Shown here: positions 13,337 through 24,924 of the stretch, piece after piece | How positions within the stretch are numbered: the first letter of the stretch is position 1 | Layout: each line of letters opens with the position of its first letter | Assembly (NCBI GenBank): GCA_973895155.1 | Contig: OZ316899.1 | Location: 2,563,455 to 2,627,454, forward strand | Length of the DNA stretch: 64,000 nt | Direction: 5' to 3' | Source: Marsupella aquatica | Taxonomy: Eukaryota > Plantae > Marchantiophyta | Translations under genes and position numbers: made by a program | The notes under the pieces: model-generated | The model's input: the letters and a program-made list of their open reading frames with translations, nothing else | Told to the model about the DNA's origin: nothing | Databases searched by the model: none

Positions 13337-16300
13337 TGTGGTGCGTCCCATGGCTCCCTAAACCCAAGAAACCCCCCAGCTCAAGCCGATTCCCGCAGGT
13401 TTTGCGCTTGGCGAGGCCATTTCCGCGGCTTAGCGGCATGGGACGCTGCTAACCTTCTACTACTACTATTAACATTTTACACACATATACTGGACAGATA
13501 CTTCATCGGGTCATGAGATACGTAGCCGGCCTAATCTAGGCCTTCCCTCGTCTTCCCCTTTGTCTTGTTAGGTATGTTTGGATTCCGCCGCCGGAATGAT
13601 CCCCAATAGGCTTGGTTAAGCCGCTAAGACCTCTCTCAGCTCGACACATCCAACTCTCACTCCCCTGCTTACTTTCCTTCCTTCTGTTGGTTGATGTGGG
13701 CACTCTTCACACAAGTTAATGCGACACACAAATAGCAAAATGACTCCTTCTGACTGAGTCATACCATGCACTTGCCATACAAACAGTACATCTCATACAC
13801 AAGCTCTGCGAACTAAGCCGTGAGGCCAACTCTATTCAGCTCTTAGGCATGAGGAAACATGAATATACACAAGGGTCACTGTATGACTAACCGAGAGCTT
13901 CCCTTACTACTTGATCCCAGCCCGGCTGGTGCAAACTAAAAACTTGCTAAAGAAGAGGCCCTGAGCTCCCCGCCGCCCAGGTACTTATCCTGGTAGTGGA
14001 TCCGCCTAATTCTTTGCAGCGTAAGCCTAATCTACCTAACAGTAATCTACTTGCCCGGATCTACCTATGTACAGCAAGGCAGGAGCACAAGTGTTGCTCC
14101 TACCAGTGGAACCGCAGTCCCACAAGCTAAGTGTCAGGGCCGCTCCTGGTCCTGATCCTAATCCTAAACTTGGAGATCAGCGCCCGCCCTGCCCACTCAC
14201 GCCTCCTCCCTCCACGTCCGCCCTTCCTAAAAGGAACGGCGCCCTTGCACCGTCACGACACCGGTGGTGGATCCTCAATGGACGCCCCCAATGCTTCCTC
14301 CTCAGCCACTGCCGTAGGTTCGTTTTCTGACAGATTACCTGCCCTTGACTGAGTCAACTCTCTATCGGCCTGACTGGGTCCACCATCAGCGTCGGCATCG
14401 GCTCGGGAGTCATTCTCGGCTACGGCCTCAGCCTCGGCTATGGTCTCACCGGCCTGCTCAAGAGGCGGATCTGGGATACCGGCCTCATTACTGAGTAGTT
14501 CGGCTTGGGCCGCACCATCCCCACCCTTGATGATAGCGGAATCTATTGCCGTATTCATGCCGGAGGATGGTGCTGGGTCTACCTCCTTGGTCACCACGGC
14601 CTGTGGGGTCGGATTACTCCTTGACCCTGAAGGTTTCCGCTTCTTCTTCCTTTCTGGTTCGGCAGCTGGTCCCTTCCCCTTCCCACTTACCTCCGGCACT
14701 GGTGCAGGTGGCGCGGCTTTTTCTGTGGCCAGTACCACTCCTGGTAACTTGGTTGCCCCAATTGGAGTTGGGCCTGATGAAGACAAGCACTTAAATACTG
14801 TAGCTTGTTTCTTCAGCCGCTCCGTTTGGTTGTCGGCCCGTCGCTGGAGGTTCTCCATCTTCCTCGTGATTTCCTCCAACTCCTCCTGGGTCTCATCCAG
14901 GTCCTTGCGTGCCTCCTCTAGTTCCTTCTGGGCTTCCTCCCGTTCTTGTTTCAAGGTAGTCCTCTCCTCCCGGGTTGCTCTTAGCTCCTTGTCGAGCTCT
15001 GCAATGATGACAGACTCCATCTGGTTCATCTTGGCGTAAGTCTGATCGAGCATCTCGTCCTTCTCCCTTAGGTTGGCCTTGAAGCTGGCCGTCAGGGACG
15101 CAAGCTCCTGCTGCAGCGCCATAATCCCTTGATAGGATTTCCCTAACTCGGCCTCCTTCTGCTCAAGGGCTCCGCGGATTTTCTCGAGCTCCCCCTTCAA
15201 CGCCCATTCCTTTCTTTGGGTCTCCGCCATGGCCCGGCTGTTGGCTGTTATGTGGGCCTCCTCTGTATTCTTCAGCTCTCGCTTCCACTTCTCCCTCTCT
15301 TTGATCGTATCGGCCAACTCTCCCTGCGTCTGAGTCAGTTTATCCTTGATATTCCGATTATCAGCCTGCGCGGTGTCCAACTGCCCCTGCATGATGTTCA
15401 GCTCATGCCGTTTAATCCGCAGTTCATCTTGGGCTTTCTTGGCCGCCCTTAGGTCTTCAATCTCGGCTTCCATTTTCCTAAGCCGCCGAATGACCTCGTC
15501 CTTCTTGCTTCTCTCTAAAGCCACCGCTTCTTCTAATTGGTGCTTCTCCAACTGCTCCCTATGGAAAAAGGGTCCTACCTCCAACTCCTCTCCAAAGATG
15601 CCGAGCGCAAGTTCCCCACACATCTCACCATACTCCATGGCTCTATTCTTAGCGTAGGTGGAGTAAGTAGGAGTGATCGGCATCGCCCATCGCGGCCTCT
15701 GCTCCCAAGCCGTCTTGCGGATCTCTTCAATCGTGGCTAGAGGTTTGCTTCCTTTTTCGGCTAGCCGCCTGATGTCCTCCGGCCAATCTCCTCCTGGTAA
15801 ATCCTTTTCCCTAGCCAGGGCTGCCTCCTCTTCCTGCCTGATTCGCTCCTGAAATTCCTGCGCCGTCTGTTTTATGCCGTCAAAGCTCGGGGGAGCAACA
15901 TCTGGTGGGGGAGACTCAGGGCTACTCTGCTGGTTGGGGTCCCCTCGTACTACCCTTGGAAGCGTGGGGACAAACCGGCCACAGGTCCTTACTCCTGGAA
16001 CGTGATGGTCCGACCCATAGCCGGAATTATCATGGCTGCAGTCCTCCACTGCCTCCTGTACTTCTTGGACATCCGGCTTCTCCCTCTCCTCTTCGTCGGT
16101 AGGAGCTTCAGGCAATTCTGCCTCAGATTCAGAGCTTGAGACTCCCACATACATTCGAACACCTGGCTTGGATTCTGGCCTGATTCTCTCCTTGTCTCCA
16201 GCAAAGGGGTTTTCTCTTGTGAGCCGGTGTAGGCCTACCTCTGGAGTAGTGTCCTGCATTGTTGCCGTTGCCATTGTCGTTGCCGATGCCGATCTCTTTT

Positions 16301-18009
16301 CTTTCTCCAGTAGTTTCAGCAGACTCTGCATGCCTGGTTGCTGCATTGGCAAGTCCTCCGTCCTTGGCCTAAACACCTGCTCGATCGTAGGGCTAACAGG
16401 TGGTTGAGGCTTCTCTGCTAACAGCCTCAGCGTTGGAGCTTCCTCGGGTGCCCTTACCTGCAGGGGAAGTACTGGGGCAAAAGTCTGACCTCTAGCATAC
16501 CGGCACAACAGCGGCATGTGATAGCCAAGCCGCGACACCCTCCCCATGCCGATTACCTACTGCTCCTCCTTTAAGATCTTCTTCAATTGGTTGAGGAGGT
16601 ACCTGTTGTAGTCCCGGCTTGGGTCTGGCCTCTCTGCCAGATAGACCTGTGCTTTGCCGATCTCTGCCCTCAGCAAGTTACAATGCATGGTCACCCGCAA
16701 GAAGTCGATCATCTCTCCTATGTGCGGGTTGGTGCAGGTGTTCCGGAAGAAGCCATTCTTCGTTGATGGCCCGGGGAACGACCGGAACTCCTTGTCAGGC
16801 AAGGTCTTCCTGGTATCAACTTTGGTCTTATTGCCTATCGGCAAGCCAAACACTTCGGCAATCACTTTGGGAGTAAGATAGAAATCCTTCCCATATATCC
16901 TCGTGCAATTGGTCTCGGGTTCCCATGACCCCACGAATTCTAATAGGTCTGACTCCGGTACCTCCGGCTTCAGCCATGGTAATCTTACAAAGGCCTCTAA
17001 GCCGGATCCGGCCATGAAGCCTTGGTACTTCTTGGTCTACATGGCCGTAAAGCATGCATCCTCCTCCCGTGCAAAATGTAGTTGCACCTCCACCGGTAGG
17101 GTTGCCGCCCAGCCCTTCCAGGTGTCATCCCTGGTTGGAATGGCCTTGATGGGATCGACCTCCTCCTCTTCGGCTTCTCCCTGCCTCCTGCTCTGCTGCT
17201 CGGCTGGCTTCTTTGGTGCCGCCGACCTCGTTCTTTTTGCTCGGGTGGCTTCATCGTTGATGGCTCCCTTCCTCTTCATCTCTGCTGCCGTGGAGATTTC
17301 TCCTAGCACCGTTGCTTGGGTCCACCTTTCCGTGCTACCCTTTAATTCCCAGTGTATGTCATTGCAGTTCTTGATGGCCTCTCGGATGCCGACGACGCTG
17401 GCGTTGCAAAACAGAAGATCGTCGAGTTGATTGGAAGTAGGAGTCCACAAGAACTCGTCCTTGACGAGTTCGCCTCCTAAGAAAGCCGTCTTCTGCAGCT
17501 CCCACAATCGAGCGAGCTCCTGCCATTCTCGAGCTGCCCTTTCTGATTCCTCGTCCTCGTAAGTCTTGATGTACTCAGTTGCCCGTTCGAACAGGCATCC
17601 CCAGAAATGTGCTGCTTGATTGACGTTGCTCATACCCTCCTTAGGTCGATCGTCGGTATCTATTCTCTCCCCGAGTGCTTCCCTAAGCAGCTGACAGTAG
17701 TTGGCCTCCCGTAGTCGTCTGCCTAGTTCGTGCTCGCAAATGAGCCACCATCTCCTACAAGCGCTCCTTACCCCTCTCCTCTTCAGGTCCTTCCTCCCGT
17801 TGATCCTTCCTAGCCATCGACGCTTAACGCGCCCTAACCCTAATCGAGTTTTCTCCCCCAGCGTCCTTACCTCCGGCCTCGGCCCGGGTTCCATGGTCGC
17901 CCCTAATTGTTTATATTTTCCTTGTTTTGTCCCTATACTAAGGTGTTTCTAGGGTGCCTTCCTGCTTTACCCACTTAACTGGCCGAGTGATTCCTGTCTA
18001 GGCATCACA
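13337..18009 (-). mobile_element. Solo LTR of family A, 4673 bp, protein-coding
   Basis: TGTG...CACA termini; perfect 5-bp TSD GCGTG (13332-13336, 18010-18014); no gag/pol inside. Confidence 0.93.
14253..17894 (-). pseudogene. LTR-encoded protein of about 1213 aa: N-terminal domain, PMD/Transposase_32-like domain, low-complexity linker, long coiled coil, acidic tail (two in-frame stops)
   Basis: ORFs 17037..17894, 16557..17015 and 14253..16547 share one frame, separated only by TAG codons that are sense codons in other copies. Motif LPW...EFVGSWEPET...YGKDFYLTP.VIAEVFGLP. Confidence 0.85.
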
Positions 18010-21000
18010 GCGTGCCTCCTCCCGCTCCTTCTGGGCTTCCTCTAATTCCTTCTTTAAGGTCGCCCTCTCCTCCTAGGTTGCTCTCAGCTCCTTGTCGAGC
18101 TCCGTAACGACCTTAGACTCCATTTTATTCATCTTGGCATAAGTATGGTCGAGCTGGTCGTCTTTCTTGCGAAGGTCGGCCTTGAAGCTGGCCATCATGG
18201 ATGCGAGCTCCTGCCGCAGCACGATAATCGCCTGATAGGATTTCCCTAACTCGGCCTCCTTCTGCTCAAGGGCTCCGCGGATATCCTCGAGTTCCCCCTT
18301 CAGCGCCCTTTCCCTTCTCTGAGTCTCCGCCATGGCCTGATTATTAGCTGCTATGTGGGCCTCCTCTGCATCTCTCAGCTCTCGCTTCCACTTCTCCTTC
18401 TCCTTGATCGAATCGGCCAGATCACATTGGGTCCGAGTCAGTTTATCCTTGATAATCTGATTATCAGACTGCGCGGTATCCAATTGCCCTTGCATGATGT
18501 TGAGCTCATGCTGCTTAATCCGCAGCTCATCTTGGGCTTTCTTGGACGCCTTCAGGTCTTCTACCTTGGCTTCCTTTGCCCTAAGCCGACGGATGACCTC
18601 GTCCTTCTTGCTTCTTTCCAAAGCCATCGCTTCTTCTAATCGGTGCTTCTCCAACATTTCCCTCTGGAAAAAAGGTTCCTGCTCCAACTCCTCCCCAAAG
18701 ATGCCGAGCGCAAGTTCCCCACACATCTCCCCGTACTCCATGGCTCATTCTTTAGCATAGGCGGAGTGAGCAAAAGTCATCGGCATCATCCACCGCAGCC
18801 TTTGTTCCCACGCAGCCTTGCGGATTTCTTCTATCGTGGCTGGCGGGCTGCTTCATTTTCCTGCAAGCCGTCGGATGTCCTCTGGCCATTCTCCTCCTGG
18901 TAAATCCTTCTCCCTTGCCAGGGCTGCCTCCTCTTCCTCCCTGCATCGTTCCTGAAACTCCTATGCTGTCTGTTTTATGTCGTCAAAACTTGGGGGAGCG
19001 ACATCTGGTGGGGAGACTCGGGGCTGCTCTGCTGGGTCGGGTCCCCTCAAACTACTCTTGGAAGAGTGGGGATGAACCTGCCACAGGTCCTTATTCCTGG
19101 AACATGATGGTCCGACCCGTAGCCGGAGTCATCATTGTCGTAGCCTTCTACCGCCTCCTCCTCGGCTTGTTCTACCGGCTCCCCCGCTGCTGTCCTGGTC
19201 CTGCCGTGAACACAACCCCACAGATCACGGGTCCTGGTTCCTCCGGCTTCCACGTTGATCTCATCTTCTCCCTGTCGTGACCAGGGGCCTCGGACTGCTT
19301 CTCCTCGGCTTTGGGACTTGAAGCTCCTACATACATTTGGACTCCCGACTCGTGTTCCGGCCTCCTTCTCTCCTTGGCTTCGGTAAAGGGGTTTTCCCTG
19401 GTAAGTTGGCTAAGGCCGACCTCGGAAGTAGTATTATGTACTGGCCCCGTTGCCGCTGCCGTTCTCCTTTCCTTCTCCAGCAATTTCAACAGATTCTGCA
19501 TGCCTGGTTGCTGCATCGGCAAGTCCTCCTTCCTTGGCCTAAACACCTACTCAATTGTAGGACTGTCGGGCTGGGTCGGTTTCTCTGTTGCCGGCCTTGG
19601 TTCCGGAACCTCCTCTGGTGCTCTTGCCTGCAGGGGAAGTACCGGGGCGAATATCTGGCTTCGGGCATACCGGCACAACAGCGGCATGTGATAACCAAGC
19701 CGGGACACGCTTCCCATGCCGATCACCAGCTGTTCCTCCTTCAAGATCTTCTTTAGTTGGGTGAGGAGGTACCCGTTGTAGTCTCGGCTTGGGTCTGGCC
19801 TCTCCGCCAGATAGACCTGTGCCTTGCCGATCTCTACCCTCCGCAAGTTACAATGCATGGTCACCCGCAAGAAATCGATCATTTCTCCTATGTGTGGGTT
19901 GGTGCAGGTGTTTCCGAAGAAGCCATTCTTTGTTGATGGCTGTGGAAAGGACCGGAACTTCTTGTCTGGCAAGGTCTTCCTGGTATCTACTTTGGTCTTA
20001 TTGCCCATTGGCAAGCCAAACACTTTGGCAATCACCCGGGGAGTGAGATAGAAATCCTTCCCATACACCCTTGTGGAATTGGTCTCGGGCTCCCATGATC
20101 CCACGAATTCCAGTAAGTCTGAATCCGGTACCTCCGGCTTCAGCCATGGAAACTTTACGAATGCTTCCAAGCCGGATCTGGCCATGAAGCCCTGGTATTT
20201 CCGAGTCTGCATAGCCGTAAAGCATGCATCCTCTTCCCTCGCAAAGTGTAATTGCACCTCCTTGGGGAGGGTCGCCGCCCAGCCTTTCCAGGTGTCATCT
20301 CTTGTTGGAACGGCATTGACGGGGTCGACCTCCTCCTCTTGGGCTTCCGCCTGCCTCCTGCTTCCCTGCTCTGCTGGTTTCCTGGGTGCCGCCGACCTTG
20401 TTCTTATTGCAGGGTTGGCTTCTTCGTTGTTGTTCCCTTTCCTCTTCATAGTGGCTGTCGTGGATGTTTCTCCTAGCATGGTTGCCTTCTTCCACCCCTC
20501 TGTGCTACCCTTCAACTCCCAGTGTATGTCGTTGCAGCGGTTGATGGCCTCCGGGATGCCAACTATCTTGTTCTCACAAAACAGAAGATCGTCAAGTTCG
20601 TCGGCAGTAGGCGTCCACAAGAATTCAGCCGTAATGAGTTTTCCTCCTAAGAAAGCAGACTTCTGCAGCTCCCACAGCCGAGCGAGCTCCTACCATTCTC
20701 AAGCCGCTCTCTCTGATTCTTTGTCCTGGTAGGTCCCAATGTACTCAATTGCCCGTTCTAACAGGCATCCCCAAAATGAGCATCTTGATTGACGTTGCTC
20801 ATACCCCTCTTGAATTGATCGTTGGTATCTGCTTCCACCCCGAGTGCTTGCCTGAGCAGCGGACAGCAGGTGGCCTCCCGTAGTCATCCGCTTGGCTTGT
20901 GTTTGCAAATGAGCCGCCAGTCCTTGCGCTTGGTCCTTACCCCCCCCCCCTTGGCTGGTCTTCCTTCCCGTTAGTAGCCGCCGGTACTTAGCGCTCCCTA

Positions 21001-21172
21001 ACCCTAATCGTGTTTCCCCCGACGTCCTTACTTTCAGCCTCGGCTCGGGTTCCATATTCACCCTTAATTGTTTATATTTCCCTATTTTTGTTACTATACT
21101 AAGGTGTTTCCTAGGGTACACTCCTGATTTTACTAATTAAACTGGCCTAATGATTCCTGGCTAGGCATCACA

Positions 21173-23675
21173 GCCTGTCAGCGTCCTGCTTGAGTAGCTG
21201 GACCTGGTCCAGCAGAGATTCGTTCTCCCGCTTTGCCGCGTCTGCCTCTTCCGCGGCCTCCTGGCATGCCTCTTCCAGTTGCTGGGTGTCGCTCGTCAGC
21301 TTATCCACCAACTGGGCCTGTTTCGTGACTTCTCCTTGAAGCCGCACCACCTCTGCCTTCAGGGTGTCAATCTCGGCTGTGTCCCGCTGAGACCTGGAGT
21401 CAGCTTCCTCCAGATCCTTTTGCCAGCTGACGGCTTGCCCTTGCAAACCGTCAATCTTGGTCCGGAGCCGCGCGATCTCGGCGTCCTTTCCGAGCTTGAC
21501 CTGTACTGCTAACGCTGCTTGGGCCCTAGCCTCGGCAACCTGGTCCTCCGTGGCAGTTACCTGAGGCCGTAGTTGGTGGAGTTCTGCCTCCAGGGTTGCC
21601 ACTTCGTCCTTTAGGTAGGCAGACTCAACCCGATATCGCTCTATTCTCTGCGCTGTCTTTGCCTGTGCATGTCCTGCCCTTACTGCCACAACCAACTCCT
21701 GGTTGAAGAAGTAGGCCACCCTCCAGGCCATGTATTCCCCGGTGTCCTGAGAGATCTGTTGTGAGAAATCTCCCAACAACCTGTTCAAAAATGTGCCCGA
21801 CACAAAGAGTTCCGGATGGTCTAGACTGTGTCCCTCTGGATTTGGGCACGGGCAGACTCCAACCCGTGCGGGAGTAGGAGTGGACACATCCAGCCCTTGA
21901 GGTAAGTTGGTCAAAGGGGCTGGTTCCATTGGAGGTGGGCGGTTCTCCTGCACCACCGCGAGGGGTGGTAATATCCCCTCGGCTATCGTGGCATCTGCTT
22001 TGGGTGCGGCTTCATCTGGCCCGGCTTTGTTTGCATTGTCTAGATTGATCGCGTCTAAGGTCGCGATAACGTCAATGGGTATGCCTGGCGGGGCGGCAGC
22101 GGTTGGTTGCGGGGCCGGGGTAGCAGGACTTGTAGCCCCCAGACTTCAGGCCTTAGGCTGCGGTTGCATCACCTGGGCTGGGAACACCCATTTTGGCGGG
22201 GTCAGCTCGGGCTTGTTGAGACGCGGGAGGCTCCGGCGGTCAAAATGAGCGTACCACTCGATGATGATTTTGATGTGGCTAGCAAAGTATGCCCTTCCGC
22301 CAAGGTACAAAGTCTTCCTTCTCCACTCCATCTCCTCGTGGAACTTCTTGACGAAGAAGGACGCCCACTTCCTGGGCCGATAGTTCTCTACCTGGATGAC
22401 CTAAGCGGCCAAAATTTCTCCTCTGGGTTCCATCATGTAGAGGGCATACCGCTGGAACTCCAGGCGTTCTGCTACCTCCGGGATGAGGCACGTCCTCATT
22501 AAGAACCCATTGCCCACTACCCCCTTGGCCGGGAAGCTAGATGACTGGTATTTAGCTCCCTTGCCCCCAGGAGCCCGCAATTCTACCCGGTTTATCCCCT
22601 CGGGTAAACCAAAAATCATCTTCAAACGTGCCTCATTGAGACACATCACTCTCCCGTGCGCTCGGGTTTGTTGATGGGCCTCGTCAAAGTTCTGAATGAA
22701 CTCCGTCATATCCTGCCCGTAGTACCTACTTCCGTTCCAAGGGAGAGAGGCGAGGTGCTCAAACCCTTGGGTCTTCAGATAGCATGCATGCTTGGGGTGG
22801 AGGATGTTCTTGCGATGCATGGTCAGCTTGGCTACCGCAACCGTGGCCAAAGGCAACCCGGATACGGCTGCGGGCTCCTTCCTCGTCCTACCCCAAGACT
22901 GATTCCCGGGGTGACTAGAAGAGGGGGACATCTCTCCATCCTCTCGGTCGGGTGGTGGTAGCGCGACTACCGTGAGTATTGGTGCCAAAGCCGCTAGAGT
23001 TACCGTGTTATCCTGGAGTGGTGCTGGGTTGTTCGGCGCTTGTTGAGTCATACCCCGCGGCCATCGATTCAGAGGAGGGTGAGCCTCCTCGTCTTTGGAG
23101 GTAATATTTACCGCATTCACCACGGATCGTACTCGGAGAGGCGGTGGGGACCGGCTCGGTTGAGGCCGAGGAGGTGTAGGTGCGGGTACGGGCATGGGTT
23201 GGTCGGCACTCGTTGATGGTAGAGTTGCCATGAAGTTCTGCAAGTGCCGATGGAGGTTCTTCGAAGCAAGTGAAGATGGCCCTGTCGACCGGGCAGTGTT
23301 GAACTCGCTGTTGATGATAGTCCAAACCCGAGCGGGGATGTGGTCAAAGTGGTGCCGCTGCAAGTCGATCGTGCCCGGGATATTGAAGACCTCGTCCGGA
23401 AGCCAAAGCAATGCTTCCCAGGAGCCGATGTATTTGCCTCCGTCAAAGAAGTACCCTGATACTTCTTTGGGTCGGTAAAGCTCGCTCTGGGATGGGTAAT
23501 CAAAGTTAAGGAGATAGTGGTGTCGTCCTGCTAGGCGGATGGCTCTCTCGTATTTGCGTTTGATCTCGTATCAGCGTGGGTTGGCGTGTTTCAATGAGTC
23601 GGCCAAGTGCCCTCCGATAGACAGGAACTGAGTCCAGAATCGTATGGCCGAACTGGAAAGGATCGTGTGCGACAT
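21173..23675 (-). pseudogene. LTR-encoded protein of family Z (about 854 aa with the tail at 4393-4454), homologous to the family A LTR protein
   Basis: ATG at 23675; ORFs 22401..23411, 22146..22331 and 21168..21956 share one frame with three in-frame stops. Continues DRL-KRQRDSRSHSGGFGKRARH* to 4393 once element Y is removed. Confidence 0.8.
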
Positions 23676-24924
23676 TCAGAGGAGATAGTAGGTGACTAAG
23701 GGAAAGCGAGGGAGCCGGGGTCGAAGCTGGCACGTGGACTAAAGAACTGGTGCACTGCAAAGGATCGGCCCCCCTTTTATACCTTGAGAGCTCGTCGACC
23801 GCCTGACGCCTCCTTGTTGCTTATAGGCCGAGCCTTTCACGCTCGCAGTGTACCGGCCCCTTCGCCGGTCCGGGTCAGCTCGTGTTAGTGGCCGCCTCCT
23901 GGAGTTTGTTATACGGACCCGAGGGAGGGAGAAAGGGGGCCCATTACACGCTCGCAACCCGGGCGTGCGAATGGCGACCCGCCACCAGCCCAAACATGAA
24001 TTCCCCTTATTGACTAATGATTTCCTACTCATAATGGCTACCTAAATACTGTTGTTATGCTAATAATAACGGCCTAAGATACCCCTAACGCGCATGCTAA
24101 GCACGGTTAGACCAAATCACTCATTACCCGCCATACCGGCGGCGTCACAAACCTCTTTACCGGGGTCAAGGAGAGAAGGAGGCCGGAACACGAGCCGGGA
24201 GTCCGAATGTATGTAGGAGCTTCAAGTCCCGAAGCCGAGGAAAAGCAGCCCAAAGCTCCTGGTCACGACAGGGAGAAGAAGAGATCAACGTGGAAGCCGG
24301 AGGAACCAAGACCCGTGATCTGTGAGGCCGTGTTCACGGCAAGACTAGGACAGTAGCGGGGGGAGCCGGTAGTCCAAGCCAAGGAGGAGGCGGTAGAAGG
24401 CTACGACAATGATGACTCCGGCTATGGGTCGGACCATCATGTTCCAGGAATAAGGACCTATGGCAGGTTCATCCCCACGCTTCCAAGAGTAGTTTGAGGG
24501 GACCCAACCCAGCAGAGCAGCCCCGGGTCTCCCCCACCAGATGTCGCTCCCCCGAGCTTTGACGGCATAAAACAGACGGCACAGGAATTTCAGGAACAAC
24601 TCAAGGAGGAAGAAGAGGCAGCCCTGGCTAGGGAGAAAGATTTACCAGGAGGAGAATGGCCAGAGGACATCAGGCGGCTTGCAGAAAAATGAAGCAGCCC
24701 TCCAGCCACGATAGAAGAAATCCGCAAGGTGGCTTGGGAACAAAGGCCGCGGTGGATGATGCCGATGACTTCTACTCACTCCGCCTATGCTAAAGAACGA
24801 GCCATGGAGTATGGGGAGATGTGTGGGGAACTCGCGCCCAACATCTTTGGGGAGGAGTTGGAGCAGGGACCCTTTTTTCAGAGGGAAATGTTGGAGAAGC
24901 GTCGATTAGAAGAAGCGGTGGCAT

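Larger units (their letters stand above)
4460..21172 (-). mobile_element. Full-length Athila/OTA-like Ty3/gypsy element Y (family A), degenerate
   Basis: TG...CA termini flanked by the 5-bp TSD GCCTG (4455-4459, 21173-21177). Order is 5' LTR-PBS-gag-PR-RT-RH-INT-3' LTR. No chromodomain or extra RNase H seen. Confidence 0.93.
11805..21172 (-). repeat. 5' LTR of element Y (11805-13336 + 18015-21172, about 4.7 kb) with a degenerate LTR-ORF; split by a solo LTR
   Basis: Directly adjacent to the PBS. Coiled-coil ORF pieces (12810-13336; 18073-20620) rejoin across the GCGTG TSD. Confidence 0.9.
3496..24149 (-). mobile_element. 5' LTR of gypsy element Z (3496-4459 + 21178-24149, about 3.9 kb), split by element Y
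   Basis: Termini TGTCACGCC (3496) and GGCGTCACA (24149) form an 8/9 inverted repeat. PBS lies next to 3496. The halves rejoin in frame across the GCCTG TSD. The right flank is an internal piece of a family A LTR. Confidence 0.8.

Noticed and set aside
14253-16547. Coiled-coil ORF as a captured host myosin/SMC-like gene or an envelope protein
   Set aside because: It is in frame with the upstream PMD-like part, has no introns or transmembrane segment, and occurs only inside LTR copies.
16903-17430. Recurrent antisense ORF MQLVSGSHDPTN... (also 265, 20073, 28424, 49706)
   Set aside because: It is the antisense shadow of the LTR ORF, Ser-rich and low in complexity, and substitutions are synonymous on the opposite strand.
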